Source: Granulicella sapmiensis
Lineage (GTDB): Bacteria > Acidobacteriota > Terriglobia > Terriglobales > Acidobacteriaceae
NCBI GenBank assembly: GCA_026225395.1
Contig: JAMFSR010000004.1
Coordinates: 41,837-105,836, forward strand
Reading direction: 5' to 3'
Length of the DNA: 64,000 bases
Shown here in pieces: positions 45,688 through 55,619 of this stretch. Every line of letters begins with the position of its first letter. Within the stretch, counting starts at the first letter, position 1. The translations under genes were made by a program, and so were the position numbers. Under the pieces are notes generated by a model. That model was not told the origin of the DNA and searched no databases. It saw nothing but the letters and a program-made list of their open reading frames with translations.

Positions 45688-47275
45688 GGACGCCCTTTCC
45701 TTCTCGCACCTTCGCCGCAATCTCTCGCAGACTCCTCAACACATCCGCCAACCCCTGCGGCGCCGCGCCATCATCACCAAACGCAAAATAGACCCGCCTG
45801 TACAGCTGATACAACTCCTCATACACCGCCGCATTCTCCGCATTCGGCGTGTACACCTTATGCTTAGGACACATCGCCGCCTGCGCCTCTTCCACCGTCG
45901 CAAAAATCCCCGCCGCCAGCTGCGCAAAAATTCCCGACCCAATACTCGTCGGCACGCTGTCCGGCACCAGCACCGCCTTGTTCAGTACATCCGCATACAC
46001 ATGGTTCAGCATCGAGTTGTTCTGCGGAATCCCGCCCGCATTAATCACCCGCTCAATCGGCACGCCATACTCTGCCATCCGCTCCAGAATAATCCGCGTA
46101 TGAAATGCCGTTCCCTCAATCGCCGCGAACAACTCATCCTGCGCCGTATGCAGCAGGTTCCACCCCAGCGTAATTCCACCAAGCTCACTCTTCACCAGCA
46201 CCGTGCGATCGCCGTTATCCCACGACAGCCGCAGCAGCCCCGTCTGCCCCGCCTTATAGCTCTCCAGCCCCTGAGACAGCGTCTTCACATCCGTTCCCGC
46301 ACGCTTTGCAATGGCCTCAAAAATATCGCCCACCGCCGACAAGCCAGCCTCAACCCCCGTATACGCCGGATGCACACTCCCCGGCACAACCCCGCACACA
46401 CCCGGGATCAGAGTCGTCTCCTTCTGCATCGCGATGATACATGTCGAAGTCCCCACCACATTCACGACATCGCCTTCACGGCAGCCTGCGCCAATCGCAT
46501 CCCAATGCGCATCGAACGCCCCCACCGGCACCGGAATCCCCGCCCGCAATCCAAGCTTCTCCGCCCACTCTGTCGATAGATGCCCCGCCAGCGCATCCGA
46601 CGCCAGCACCTCACCCGCAAGCTTCTCTCTCACTCCATCAAACAGCGGATCGAGCTCCGACAAAAACGCCTGCGCCGGAAATCCATCCCACTTCTTGTTC
46701 CACATCCACTTATGCCCCAGCGCACAAACGCTCCGCTTCACCAATTTCGGATCGGTCACCCCACACAGCGTCGCCGCGACCATATCGCAGTGCTCAAACG
46801 CCGATGCAAACGCCGCACGCTTCTCCGGATTATGCCGCAGCCAGTGCAGCAGCTTCGCAAAGCCCCACTCATGCGAGTACACCCCACCGCACCACTCAAT
46901 CGCCTCCAATCCACGCGCATGAGCCAGTGCCGTAATCTGCTGCGCTTCCTTCATCGCGCGATGGTCACACCAAAGGTAGTAATCATCGATCGGCTGCATC
47001 GTCTCATCGACAAAGATCACGCTCGACCCCGTCGTATCAAGCGCTAGCGCCTGCACATCCTGCCCCGAGATCCCCGTCTGCGCCAGCACCTCACGCATCG
47101 CCTTCGCCAGCGCTTCCATCTGCTCCGCGTGCGACTGCGTCGCAAAATCCGGATCTTCCCTCTTCCGTTTCAGCGCATACCCTGCCGACGCCGTCCCCAA
47201 CCGCCCTCGCTCGCTATCGAGCAGCGTCACCCGCGTACTCAGCGTTCCAAAGTCCACTCCCGCAACGATTTTCAT
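45677..47275 (-). CDS. araB: Ribulokinase (FGGY family)
   Basis: MKIVAGVDFGTLSTRV. GGVYSHEWGFAKLLHWLRHNP parallels E. coli AraB GGIYSSEWFWAKILH. Start trimmed to ATG 47275. Confidence 0.85.
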   Translation of the reverse strand: MKIVAGVDFGTLSTRVTLLDSERGRLGTASAGYALKRKREDPDFATQSHAEQMEALAKAMREVLAQTGISGQDVQALALDTTGSSVIFVDETMQPIDDYYLWCDHRAMKEAQQITALAHARGLEAIEWCGGVYSHEWGFAKLLHWLRHNPEKRAAFASAFEHCDMVAATLCGVTDPKLVKRSVCALGHKWMWNKKWDGFPAQAFLSELDPLFDGVREKLAGEVLASDALAGHLSTEWAEKLGLRAGIPVPVGAFDAHWDAIGAGCREGDVVNVVGTSTCIIAMQKETTLIPGVCGVVPGSVHPAYTGVEAGLSAVGDIFEAIAKRAGTDVKTLSQGLESYKAGQTGLLRLSWDNGDRTVLVKSELGGITLGWNLLHTAQDELFAAIEGTAFHTRIILERMAEYGVPIERVINAGGIPQNNSMLNHVYADVLNKAVLVPDSVPTSIGSGIFAQLAAGIFATVEEAQAAMCPKHKVYTPNAENAAVYEELYQLYRRVYFAFGDDGAAPQGLADVLRSLREIAAKVREGKGVHAA

Positions 47276-47509
47276 GCGTCCTTCGCCCTTCAGTAAACGT
47301 TCTCTCAGCGACGATAGTATTCGATCTCGCGCTCTCTGTCCTATCCCAAACCCACCAATCCCACGAATCGGAACCTGGCTGGCCCTTGATTTGCCAACCC
47401 TCACCTTCATGACGAATAATCCCGCCGAGCTGTCAGACAGCCTTTTCGCCTGTCTGAAAATTCGTCCACCGCCAACAGCCATGCCTCATCCGCAACCGGA
47501 GCCTTAATC

Positions 47510-50500
47510 GTGCGCCTTTCGTTCCGCATCGCAGCCTCGCTCGTCCTCGCCGCCACACCCCTGGTGTTCGCGCAGCAACAGCCCACAGGCACACCCGCCG
47601 CTCCCTCACCCGAGCCCGGCCTGCTCTTCTATCTCTCCGCAGACCACGGCTTCAAGGCCGACTACGCCGCAGGAGGCACGCCCGACCCCAACTTCCTCAA
47701 GGACGTCAAAATCCTCCCCGGCGGCTCCAAAGGCAGCTACCTCCAGTGCGGCAACGACCAGCTCCTCAGCTACTGGGCCCCCGGCAACATCTACTCCCAG
47801 CGTGGCACCCTCGTCTTCGACTGGCGCTCCCGCATGCCCGTCGACGAGACCGAGTTCCCCATCTTCCGCGTCGGCTTCGGCGACCACTCCTCCTGGGACA
47901 TGACCTGGCTCCGCATCGACTACAACGGCCACGGCTTCGACGCCTTCGTCACCGACGTCAACCTCGGCCGCACCCGCGTCTCCGTCTCTGTCCCCAACTT
48001 CCCCAAGCCCGACGAGTGGGTCCACCTCGCCCTCGCTTGGGACGAAACAAACGGTATCCGCTTCTACGTCAACGGCAAGCTCGCCGCCACCAAACCCGCC
48101 ACCGGCCTGTTTGACAGCGCACTCGACCAGTTCGGCCCCCACTCCCGCATCATCGCGCCCACCGGCGTCGAAAGCTCCTACAACTACGACCGCGGCGGCG
48201 ATCTCGACGAGCTCCGCATCTACGACCGCGAGCTCTCCGACGACAACATCGCCCAACTCGCCAACCACGAGATCCCGCAATCCATTCCCACAATCCCCGT
48301 CGATGCCGACGCCAAACTCCGCGCCGCCGACTTCGACCATCGCTTCGGCTTCGACCGCTCCAACGATTTTCCTGCACTTCTCCCCGCCACCAACACCGTA
48401 GTCCGCAAAGTCGAGATCCAGGACGTCTACGACCTCAAGCGCTGGCAAGGCAAAGGCACTGATGGAATCCGCGAAACCACCTGGCCCGGCGTCTACAATC
48501 GCTCGCCGCTCACCGGCCGCTTCGATTACTTCCAGCTCCCCGACTGGGACACCTACGCCATCTCCGGCAAGTCCGTCACCTTCTACATGCCCGACGAACC
48601 CTGGAACCACCTCGAAATCCAGGGCGGTGCCTGGGGTCAGTTCGCCACGCTCACACCCGGCAACGGCGACCCCAAAGCCGTCGCCGACCCCGACCAGCAC
48701 GACCCCAGCCCACAGCTCGTCCACCCCATGTTCGAGCGCCCCAAAGGCCTCGAGCGCAGCACGCATGACCTCAAGCAGCCCATCACCGGCGAGCGCATCC
48801 GCTTCACCAACGTCGAGCAGTGGCAGCCCATCGGCGAGTTCGCTGCTTACTACGTCCACCCCGGCGACGCACCCGCAGGCATCTTCACCCTCCGCTACAA
48901 CGTCACGACCCACGCCGACTTCACCAACCCCACCGTCACCCCACTCACCAACTACATCGCCGAGCGTTACACACCAGAAGAACGCAGCACCATGATCGCC
49001 TCGCCCGGCGCCGCAGCCGGCGACGCCCGCTCCGCCCTCGGCCACAACACCAAACCCTCTGGACCCTCGTCCCTGGGTCCTGGCCCTTCGCCCATCGTCC
49101 ACATCCTCATCCCTGCCAGCTTCCGCAGCCTGCAGGCCGACGAAGGCCACGGCGCCACTTACTCCTGGGAAAACCTCCACGCCGGCCTCGACGGCATCGC
49201 CATCGACCTGCCCGCACTCAACCTCAAACCAACCCACGGCGACGTCATCCCGCTCAACATCCAGATCAAAGACCCCATCTGGAACATGCGCGACATGTTC
49301 GACTTCAGCTTCTCCGTCAAACCCAACGAGCCGCACACGCTCTTCCTCGACACCCGCGACCGCATCCTCCCCAACGGCAAAAGCCTCTGGATCCAGATCG
49401 CCTCCGCCAACCCCGACTTCAACACCACCTCACTCGAAGGCGCCCACATCCGCCTCATCTTCAAGCCCTTCGAAGAAGCCGTTCCCGAACATGTCGCCGA
49501 CCGCCTCACCCAGGTGCGCGACAACTACGCCAACATCGTCGAAGAGTCCGTCAACTCCAACCGCCTGAACATCTACAACCGTTACGAGGCCGACATCACC
49601 GACCTCCTCCGCGTCGATCCCACCAACGAGCTCGCCCTCCACTACTGGCACGAGAAAAATCCCGAACAGCCCGACACTGCCTACACTCCACCACCCACAC
49701 CCGCCGGCGTTCCCGACTGGGCCTGGCTCCAGACCCGCGATCTCGCCGAGCTCCGCTCCCTCATCAACTGGTACATCGACAACCGCCAGACCACCGACGG
49801 CGAGCTCGGCGGTGGCCTCTCCGACGACACCGACTTCTGGAACTGGTGGCCCGGCCTCGCCCTCATGGGCTCCACGCCCGACAAGGTCAAAGCCTCCCTC
49901 AACCGCGGCCTCGAAGCCACTTTCAACAACGGCATGTGGGAGAACGGCCTCGCCCGCGCCCAGTACGACGAGCTGCACAGCTACGAGGACGGCCTCAACA
50001 CCCTAAGCCAGTCCATGTTCCTCGACTACGGCAGTCCCAAGCAGCTCGAGCGCGCCATGCAGACCTCCAAACGCCTCGAATGGCTCACCGGCTACAACTC
50101 CGCCGGCCAGCGTCAAATCCGTTCCTCTTACTACAGCGGCACCAAGATAGCCGAAAACGGCGTCTGGGGATGGGCCAAGGACCGCAGCTACTACGTCATG
50201 TTTCCCGCTCTCCTGCTCGCCAACTACAACGGCACACCCGAAACTGAGAAGATGATCACCGAAGTAGCGGACGGCTTCCTCGCCCATCGCCACACCGACG
50301 CCGACGGCCGTATGCACATGCACTTCAACGTCAACTTCCACACCAACGAAGACCTTCCCTCGAACGGTCTCCCTGCATGGTTCATGCTCTGGGGCGCCTA
50401 CAAGTTCACCAACGATCAAAAGTACCTCGTCCCCTTCGCCGATAACCCGCCCGAAGCCCTCCGCACCATCAACGCCGACGCACTCGACATCCTCAACGTC

Positions 50501-51424
50501 CGCGACACCTGGGGCAAGCAGCTTCTGAACACCGCCGCCGGCAACCGCCGCTCCGACTCCGGCAACGCCAGCGAAACCACCAACGTGCTCGATTGGCAGC
50601 TCACCGGCGATACGTCCTTCCTCAACAAGACCTACACCGCCCAACTCCAAACCGCCTTCGACCGCCAGTTCATCAACCGCGAAGGCTCACTCTGGATCGA
50701 CCGCATCTACTTCAACAACGGCGAGCTCCAGCGCAGCCGTCTCGGCGGCGTAGCGCTTATGCGCAACTACAACTTCCCCGGCAACGTCGTCAGCTGGCGC
50801 TTCACACCCACGCCATCTGACCCCCAACCCGACACCAGCGTAGGCATTCTCGTCCCCGTCGGCACGCCCGACCACATCAAGATCACCGCCTTCAACATGG
50901 ACAAAGAGCCCATCACCGCCCAGCTAACCGGCTGGGAAATCAACCCTGGCAAGTGGGACATCATCCAGGGCACCATGACCTCGGACAACGGCCCAATCTC
51001 AAACGCCGGCAGCAAGATCATCGACTTCGAACGCAGCGCCAGTACCACCCTCACGCTCGCCCCCGGCTACAACTCCATCGAACTCACCCTCAAAACTCCC
51101 GGCGTCCCCTATTGGTCCCGCCCCGACCTCGGCATCGACCCCGAGGACGTAAAAATCACCGGCCGCAAAATGTCCGTAACCATCCACTCCCTCGGCGCCA
51201 TCGATGCTCCGCCCGCAAGACTCATCCTCCGCGACGCCACCGGCAAGGTCCTCGCCACCACCACCACCCCCACCCTCAAACCACCGACCGACCTTATCCC
51301 CAAGACCGCAACCGTCTCCCTAACCCTCCCCGCCAAATCCGACTACAAAGGCGGCACCCTAACCATCGAATCCTCAGGCCCCATTCCCGAGATCACCCAA
51401 CTCAATAACGAAGTCCACTTCTAA
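47510..51424 (+). CDS. Large secreted LamG (concanavalin A-like) domain protein, probable uncharacterised carbohydrate-active enzyme
   Basis: 1,304 aa. GTG start with GGAG 8 nt upstream. Signal peptide ASLVLAATPLVFAQQ. LamG hallmarks WVHLALAWDETNGIRFYVNGK and GDLDELRIYDRELSDDNIAQL. The central ~450 aa is helix-rich and Trp/Tyr/Asn-rich (toroid-like). The C-terminal part is beta-rich. Confidence 0.6.
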   Translation: MRLSFRIAASLVLAATPLVFAQQQPTGTPAAPSPEPGLLFYLSADHGFKADYAAGGTPDPNFLKDVKILPGGSKGSYLQCGNDQLLSYWAPGNIYSQRGTLVFDWRSRMPVDETEFPIFRVGFGDHSSWDMTWLRIDYNGHGFDAFVTDVNLGRTRVSVSVPNFPKPDEWVHLALAWDETNGIRFYVNGKLAATKPATGLFDSALDQFGPHSRIIAPTGVESSYNYDRGGDLDELRIYDRELSDDNIAQLANHEIPQSIPTIPVDADAKLRAADFDHRFGFDRSNDFPALLPATNTVVRKVEIQDVYDLKRWQGKGTDGIRETTWPGVYNRSPLTGRFDYFQLPDWDTYAISGKSVTFYMPDEPWNHLEIQGGAWGQFATLTPGNGDPKAVADPDQHDPSPQLVHPMFERPKGLERSTHDLKQPITGERIRFTNVEQWQPIGEFAAYYVHPGDAPAGIFTLRYNVTTHADFTNPTVTPLTNYIAERYTPEERSTMIASPGAAAGDARSALGHNTKPSGPSSLGPGPSPIVHILIPASFRSLQADEGHGATYSWENLHAGLDGIAIDLPALNLKPTHGDVIPLNIQIKDPIWNMRDMFDFSFSVKPNEPHTLFLDTRDRILPNGKSLWIQIASANPDFNTTSLEGAHIRLIFKPFEEAVPEHVADRLTQVRDNYANIVEESVNSNRLNIYNRYEADITDLLRVDPTNELALHYWHEKNPEQPDTAYTPPPTPAGVPDWAWLQTRDLAELRSLINWYIDNRQTTDGELGGGLSDDTDFWNWWPGLALMGSTPDKVKASLNRGLEATFNNGMWENGLARAQYDELHSYEDGLNTLSQSMFLDYGSPKQLERAMQTSKRLEWLTGYNSAGQRQIRSSYYSGTKIAENGVWGWAKDRSYYVMFPALLLANYNGTPETEKMITEVADGFLAHRHTDADGRMHMHFNVNFHTNEDLPSNGLPAWFMLWGAYKFTNDQKYLVPFADNPPEALRTINADALDILNVRDTWGKQLLNTAAGNRRSDSGNASETTNVLDWQLTGDTSFLNKTYTAQLQTAFDRQFINREGSLWIDRIYFNNGELQRSRLGGVALMRNYNFPGNVVSWRFTPTPSDPQPDTSVGILVPVGTPDHIKITAFNMDKEPITAQLTGWEINPGKWDIIQGTMTSDNGPISNAGSKIIDFERSASTTLTLAPGYNSIELTLKTPGVPYWSRPDLGIDPEDVKITGRKMSVTIHSLGAIDAPPARLILRDATGKVLATTTTPTLKPPTDLIPKTATVSLTLPAKSDYKGGTLTIESSGPIPEITQLNNEVHF

Positions 51425-51718
51425 AACACAATGGGCGAGGCCGTCACCTCAAACCTCACCCCTCCAGCCCTCAAACCTCTACAGGCCCATTCAGAATATT
51501 GTCAAGCACCCAAACCCTCTAAGCTACTGTCAGCACAAGAGATACCCATTGCGCATTTTCACGTTGCGGCTGCGATAATAGAAGTAGATCGAGACAAAGC
51601 ACCGCTGGGCATTCGCGACCAGGGGTAGACTTCCACAAGTCCGGGCCTAAGTCCCAATCCCTCCGGACTTTAGCCCAAAAAGTACCCGGGGGGAGGGGCC
51701 CCACCACACGGAGAACGC

Positions 51719-52060
51719 ATGAATTCCATCGAAGTTACCCCCTCCCAGGACGCCGGCATGACCACCCCCGAACCCGGCCTCCGCCGCCAGGTCATGAGCT
51801 ACACCAAAGACCTCATGCTCGTACGCCACAAGATGGAAAAAGGCTGGGTCGGCGCCAAGCACCAGCACCCCCACGAGCAGATGGTCTTCATCATCAGCGG
51901 CCACATTGTCTTCGAGTCACCCACCGGCAAGATCAAAGCCCGCGCCGGCGACAGCTTCATCGTCCCCGGCAACACCGACCACCAGGCCTCCGCGCTCGAA
52001 GACTCCGAAGTCCTCGACGTCTTTACGCCCTACCGCGAAGACTACGCTCCCAAATCCTGA
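51719..52060 (+). CDS. Cupin domain protein
   Basis: 113 aa. GAKHQHPHEQMVFIISGHIVFE ... GDSFIVPGNTDHQA is the two-motif cupin signature. Confidence 0.7.
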   Translation: MNSIEVTPSQDAGMTTPEPGLRRQVMSYTKDLMLVRHKMEKGWVGAKHQHPHEQMVFIISGHIVFESPTGKIKARAGDSFIVPGNTDHQASALEDSEVLDVFTPYREDYAPKS

Positions 52061-52968
52061 CGGCGGAGCCCATGCTCCAGCTTCACCCGAGAGCCCATCG
52101 TGGCATGCGCTCCGGGCGCGAGCACAAGGCCGTTGTCACCAACGTTCCCCGTCTCCATCGCGACCATCTCATGCCAGTCCCACTCTCCCAGGTCCGGCAG
52201 GGACTCCCACGGATTCCACACAATCGTCGACTTCGACCCTGACTTCTCCAGAAAAATACGTCGCCGTCCAGCGACATCATGAATCACATAGGGTCCCGTC
52301 GTATTGCCGTAAACGCGGTCGACTTTCTTGGTGAAAGCAATCGGCTCATCATCGGCCGGCTTCACCGCCATGGCATCGGTCTTGTCGATGTACTTCACTG
52401 TCTCAAGGCCCGCAATCGTCGCCTCGTGAACATCCATCACCCGGAAGAATGTGTGAAACGCCTCTTCAAACGGTAGTGGAGTATCGCCCGTATTCGTCAC
52501 CGTCAGCCGCATGGTTAGCTCGCGGCCCAGGTGGAACTCCAGCGATAGTTGAAAGTGGTCATACCCCATGGAACGGCTCAAGTCGGTCGGACCCAGCGTG
52601 AAGGTCATCTGCACCGTATCCTTCACCCGCTTCACCGCATCCAGCGACCACTCCTGCAGCCGTGCGAACCCATGGAACGGCCCAGGATGACCGTCAACGC
52701 GGTCCCGCTTCCTGTCATCCGCAAACCACGGAAACACAACCGGAATCCCACCGCGGATGGCCTTTCCCGCCGCAAACTCGCTCGTATGGCTCAGTAGAAT
52801 CGCGGGCTCAAACCCTTCAGGCTGCCAAGCCGTAAGGTGCGCTCCCTGCACATAGATCGTGGATATCACATCCGGTGTAGCGACCTGCACATACACCAGC
52901 CCATTGTTCGTGCCAAAGCGAACACCCTCAACGTTGAACTGCTGCCGCAATGTATCCACAGTAGCCAT
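52042..52968 (-). CDS. D-hexose-6-phosphate mutarotase (aldose 1-epimerase family, YeaD-like)
   Basis: IRGGIPVVFPWF ... HGFARLQEW ... WNPW pattern. ATG 52968 (the ORF-track TTG is at 52971) overlaps the stop of the upstream gene (ATGA). Its 3' end overlaps the convergent cupin gene by 19 nt. Confidence 0.8.
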   Translation of the reverse strand: MATVDTLRQQFNVEGVRFGTNNGLVYVQVATPDVISTIYVQGAHLTAWQPEGFEPAILLSHTSEFAAGKAIRGGIPVVFPWFADDRKRDRVDGHPGPFHGFARLQEWSLDAVKRVKDTVQMTFTLGPTDLSRSMGYDHFQLSLEFHLGRELTMRLTVTNTGDTPLPFEEAFHTFFRVMDVHEATIAGLETVKYIDKTDAMAVKPADDEPIAFTKKVDRVYGNTTGPYVIHDVAGRRRIFLEKSGSKSTIVWNPWESLPDLGEWDWHEMVAMETGNVGDNGLVLAPGAHATMGSRVKLEHGLRRQDLGA

Positions 52969-53828
52969 CAAACGCCAAACACCTTGCGAATGTATTCACG
53001 ATCCGGCGCAATCGCAGCCGTATCCGATCCCTGCGGTGTGCCACCCTCTTCATCCATCAACCACCCGCTCCACCCGGTCTTGGCAACCGCGGCCGCGAGC
53101 TTTTCAAAACCCCAATCACCCTGCCCCAGCGGCACCTGGATGGTGTTGTTCTTGAACGTCTTCAAATGGCAGCCCACAATCCGCTTCGCATTCCGCAACA
53201 TGAACTCCGCTGGATCCCCGCCGCCCTGGTATCCGTGGCCTGCATCCATCAAAAAGTTCACCAGCGCCGGATCGGTGTGATCGCCAATGCCCTGGTTCTC
53301 CGCATTGTGGTTCGCGAACTCATGCGTGTGGTTGTGATACGCAAGCGCCATGCCATGATCCTTGCACACCTTGCCATATTGCTCCAATTGCACACACTTT
53401 GCCTTCAGTGCTTCAGCCGTAAATATCCCATCCGGAGAAAGCCCACCCGAGCTCATCACGATGTACTGCGCCCCGAGTGCAACGCCGCCATCGCACGTCT
53501 TTGCGAGGTCGCTCTTCGCGGCTTCATCCATCGATGTGTGCATGCCAATGAAGGTCGAGCCGATCGCATCCAGCCTTTCACGCGCCGGCGCGGGATTCGC
53601 AAACTGATCGCTGACAAAACGCACGTTCGTCTCAAACCCAACGTAGCCGAGATCCTTAGCCTGTTTCACAAACCCAACAATCGCGTCGAAGTCCCCAGCC
53701 TCCGGCCCGAACCCATTCAGCTGGCATCCTACTCGCGGCTTTGCCCTTTGCGCCCAAACACGAGCGCCAGCCGTAGCCAGGGCCGATGAAACAAGGAACG
53801 TTCTACGGGTCATTACGGCGGGCTTCAT
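52968..53828 (-). CDS. Sugar phosphate isomerase/epimerase (xylose isomerase-like TIM barrel) with twin-arginine signal
   Basis: TAT motif in MKPAVMTRRTFLVSSALATAGARVWAQ. TIM-barrel AP-endonuclease-2 type pattern (GFETNVRF, YHNHTHEF). Confidence 0.8.
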   Translation of the reverse strand: MKPAVMTRRTFLVSSALATAGARVWAQRAKPRVGCQLNGFGPEAGDFDAIVGFVKQAKDLGYVGFETNVRFVSDQFANPAPARERLDAIGSTFIGMHTSMDEAAKSDLAKTCDGGVALGAQYIVMSSGGLSPDGIFTAEALKAKCVQLEQYGKVCKDHGMALAYHNHTHEFANHNAENQGIGDHTDPALVNFLMDAGHGYQGGGDPAEFMLRNAKRIVGCHLKTFKNNTIQVPLGQGDWGFEKLAAAVAKTGWSGWLMDEEGGTPQGSDTAAIAPDREYIRKVFGV

Positions 53829-53880
53829 TCAGGTCTCCAGTAGGCAGCAATCCACTGCACGAAGAGCATACATCCTCTAG

Positions 53881-54786
53881 CTAGGCTTGCGCTTCCAGCT
53901 GTTTCATGCGCTGTGCGAGTCTCTCGACAAACTCGCGAGTGAGCGGCGGCAAAGCGCGCGACGATGGAATGATCACTGCCATTTGCATGGCATCCGACAT
54001 GCCAAATGCAAGCGGCCGCCACACAACCGTGCCACTTGCAATTTCATCCAGAAACGCGATCTTGCTGATAAACGCAATCCCTCGACCCGCGATGACCAAG
54101 TGCTTTAGCATGACCGTCGAGTTGCAGGTCACCACCGGCATGAGCGTGTTCCAAAGGTCGGCCATATCGGAGGAAACGATACTATCCACGCCCGTGAGTC
54201 CGCCGCTGCGGAGGATGGCATGTCCCTTACAATCGTCCACGGTCACACTTTGCTTCTTCGCGAGAGGATGTGCGCTATCCATCACCACACCGGCTGGAAA
54301 ATTGAACATCGCGAATGCCTTCACGCCAACTGCTGTTTTGTTGAAGAAGGTAATGCCTACATCGCACTGTCCTGAGGATACTTTTTCAACGATCTTCTGC
54401 GGCGCTACCGCGGCGACGGAGTAGGTGACGGCCGGATAGAGTTGCGCGAAGTCCACGACGGTCGCCGGGAGAACTCGAATGAGCAGAGAGTCCAGCGCAG
54501 CCACTTTGATATGCCCGGTTCGCTCGCCTTTAAGGGCATCCAGCTGCATTCGCAGATCCTGATAGTCCTCCATCGTGCTGCGAATGTGAAGCAGCACTCG
54601 TTCTCCTGCTGCGGTCAAACGAATGCCGGTCGGCAGTCGGACGAACAACTCCGTGTTCAACTCCTGTTCCAGGTTCAAGATCTGGCGATTGACAGCACTC
54701 GAGGCGACATAAAGATTCCTGGCCGCTTTTCGGATCGATCCGCAGCGGGCTACCTCTACGAAATACTTCAGTACAGTGGCATGCAT
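53881..54786 (-). CDS. LysR family transcriptional regulator
   Basis: N-terminal wHTH LKYFVEVARCGSIRKAARNLYVASSAVNRQILNLEQEL and a C-terminal substrate-binding domain. 301 aa. Confidence 0.85.
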   Translation of the reverse strand: MHATVLKYFVEVARCGSIRKAARNLYVASSAVNRQILNLEQELNTELFVRLPTGIRLTAAGERVLLHIRSTMEDYQDLRMQLDALKGERTGHIKVAALDSLLIRVLPATVVDFAQLYPAVTYSVAAVAPQKIVEKVSSGQCDVGITFFNKTAVGVKAFAMFNFPAGVVMDSAHPLAKKQSVTVDDCKGHAILRSGGLTGVDSIVSSDMADLWNTLMPVVTCNSTVMLKHLVIAGRGIAFISKIAFLDEIASGTVVWRPLAFGMSDAMQMAVIIPSSRALPPLTREFVERLAQRMKQLEAQA

Positions 54787-54811
54787 AAAGTTCCTTTGGC
54801 CGCTCTCTTAA

Positions 54812-55585
54812 CTACCGTCCACTCCATACCGGCGCGCGTTTTTCGCGAAACGCGCGTACGCCCTCCTCGGAGTCTTCAGCTTCGAGTGCCGCGATCAATG
54901 CGGGTAGGCGCGCGCGCTGTGCTTCGACCGGCGTAAGCGTCGAAGTCAAACGAGCGCATTGCTTGATGGCTCGCAGCGATGTTGGTGCGCAAGCGAGAAT
55001 GTCCTTCACCCATCGGCCAACAGCCTCATCGAGTTCTGCACGCGGAACGACTTCATTGATGAGACCCATCGTGAGTGCTTCCCGCGCGGAGATGTGCCGG
55101 CCGGTCATCAGCATTCCCATCGCTTGCCGGTAAGGGATATGGCGCTGCAGCAACACCGCTCCTCCATCAAGCGGTATATGTCCCACGCGAGGTTCGGGCA
55201 GACCGAACTTTGCTTCTTCTACGGCGACGATGATGTCGGCGCCGAGAACCATCTCGAAGCCGCCGCCGAGCGCATATCCATTCACGCGCGCAATGATGGG
55301 AGTATTCAGCGTCTCACGTAGCGCGATACCGCCAAAGCCTCCGGGCGTTGGATGAGCCCAATAATCCAGACCGTATCTGCCCGGCTCTTTGAGGTCGGCG
55401 CCCACACAGAAAGCGCGGTCACCTTCGCCCGTGAGAACGATGACACGCACGTCTGTGTTGGCTTCAAGAGACGACCAGATCGCCAACAACTCATCTCTCG
55501 TCGCTAAATCCACCGCATTCATCGCAGTGGGGCGCGATAGCGTAACGGTTGCTACATGGTTCTCGATTGTTAGACGAACATTCAT
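54812..55585 (-). CDS. Enoyl-CoA hydratase/isomerase (crotonase) family protein
   Basis: VATVTLSRPTAMNAVD, VIVLTGEGDRAFCVGADLKE, NGYALGGGFEMVLGADI. These are crotonase oxyanion-hole motifs. Confidence 0.85.
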   Translation of the reverse strand: MNVRLTIENHVATVTLSRPTAMNAVDLATRDELLAIWSSLEANTDVRVIVLTGEGDRAFCVGADLKEPGRYGLDYWAHPTPGGFGGIALRETLNTPIIARVNGYALGGGFEMVLGADIIVAVEEAKFGLPEPRVGHIPLDGGAVLLQRHIPYRQAMGMLMTGRHISAREALTMGLINEVVPRAELDEAVGRWVKDILACAPTSLRAIKQCARLTSTLTPVEAQRARLPALIAALEAEDSEEGVRAFREKRAPVWSGR

Positions 55586-55619
55586 TGTTCAACAGCCTTC
55601 TTTCGATCTTCGAATTGCA

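Noticed and set aside
43765-46579. ORFs 43765..44970 (+, 401 aa), 44977..45867 (+) and 45560..46579 (+)
   Set aside because: They are antisense to GH5, araD and araB. Their translations are R/H/P/L-rich.
47606-50650. ORFs 47606..49336 (-, 576 aa), 48820..50247 (+, 475 aa) and 50003..50650 (-)
   Set aside because: They are antisense or out-of-frame relative to the 1,304-aa LamG gene, which has a signal peptide and LamG motifs. Their composition is typical of shadow ORFs.
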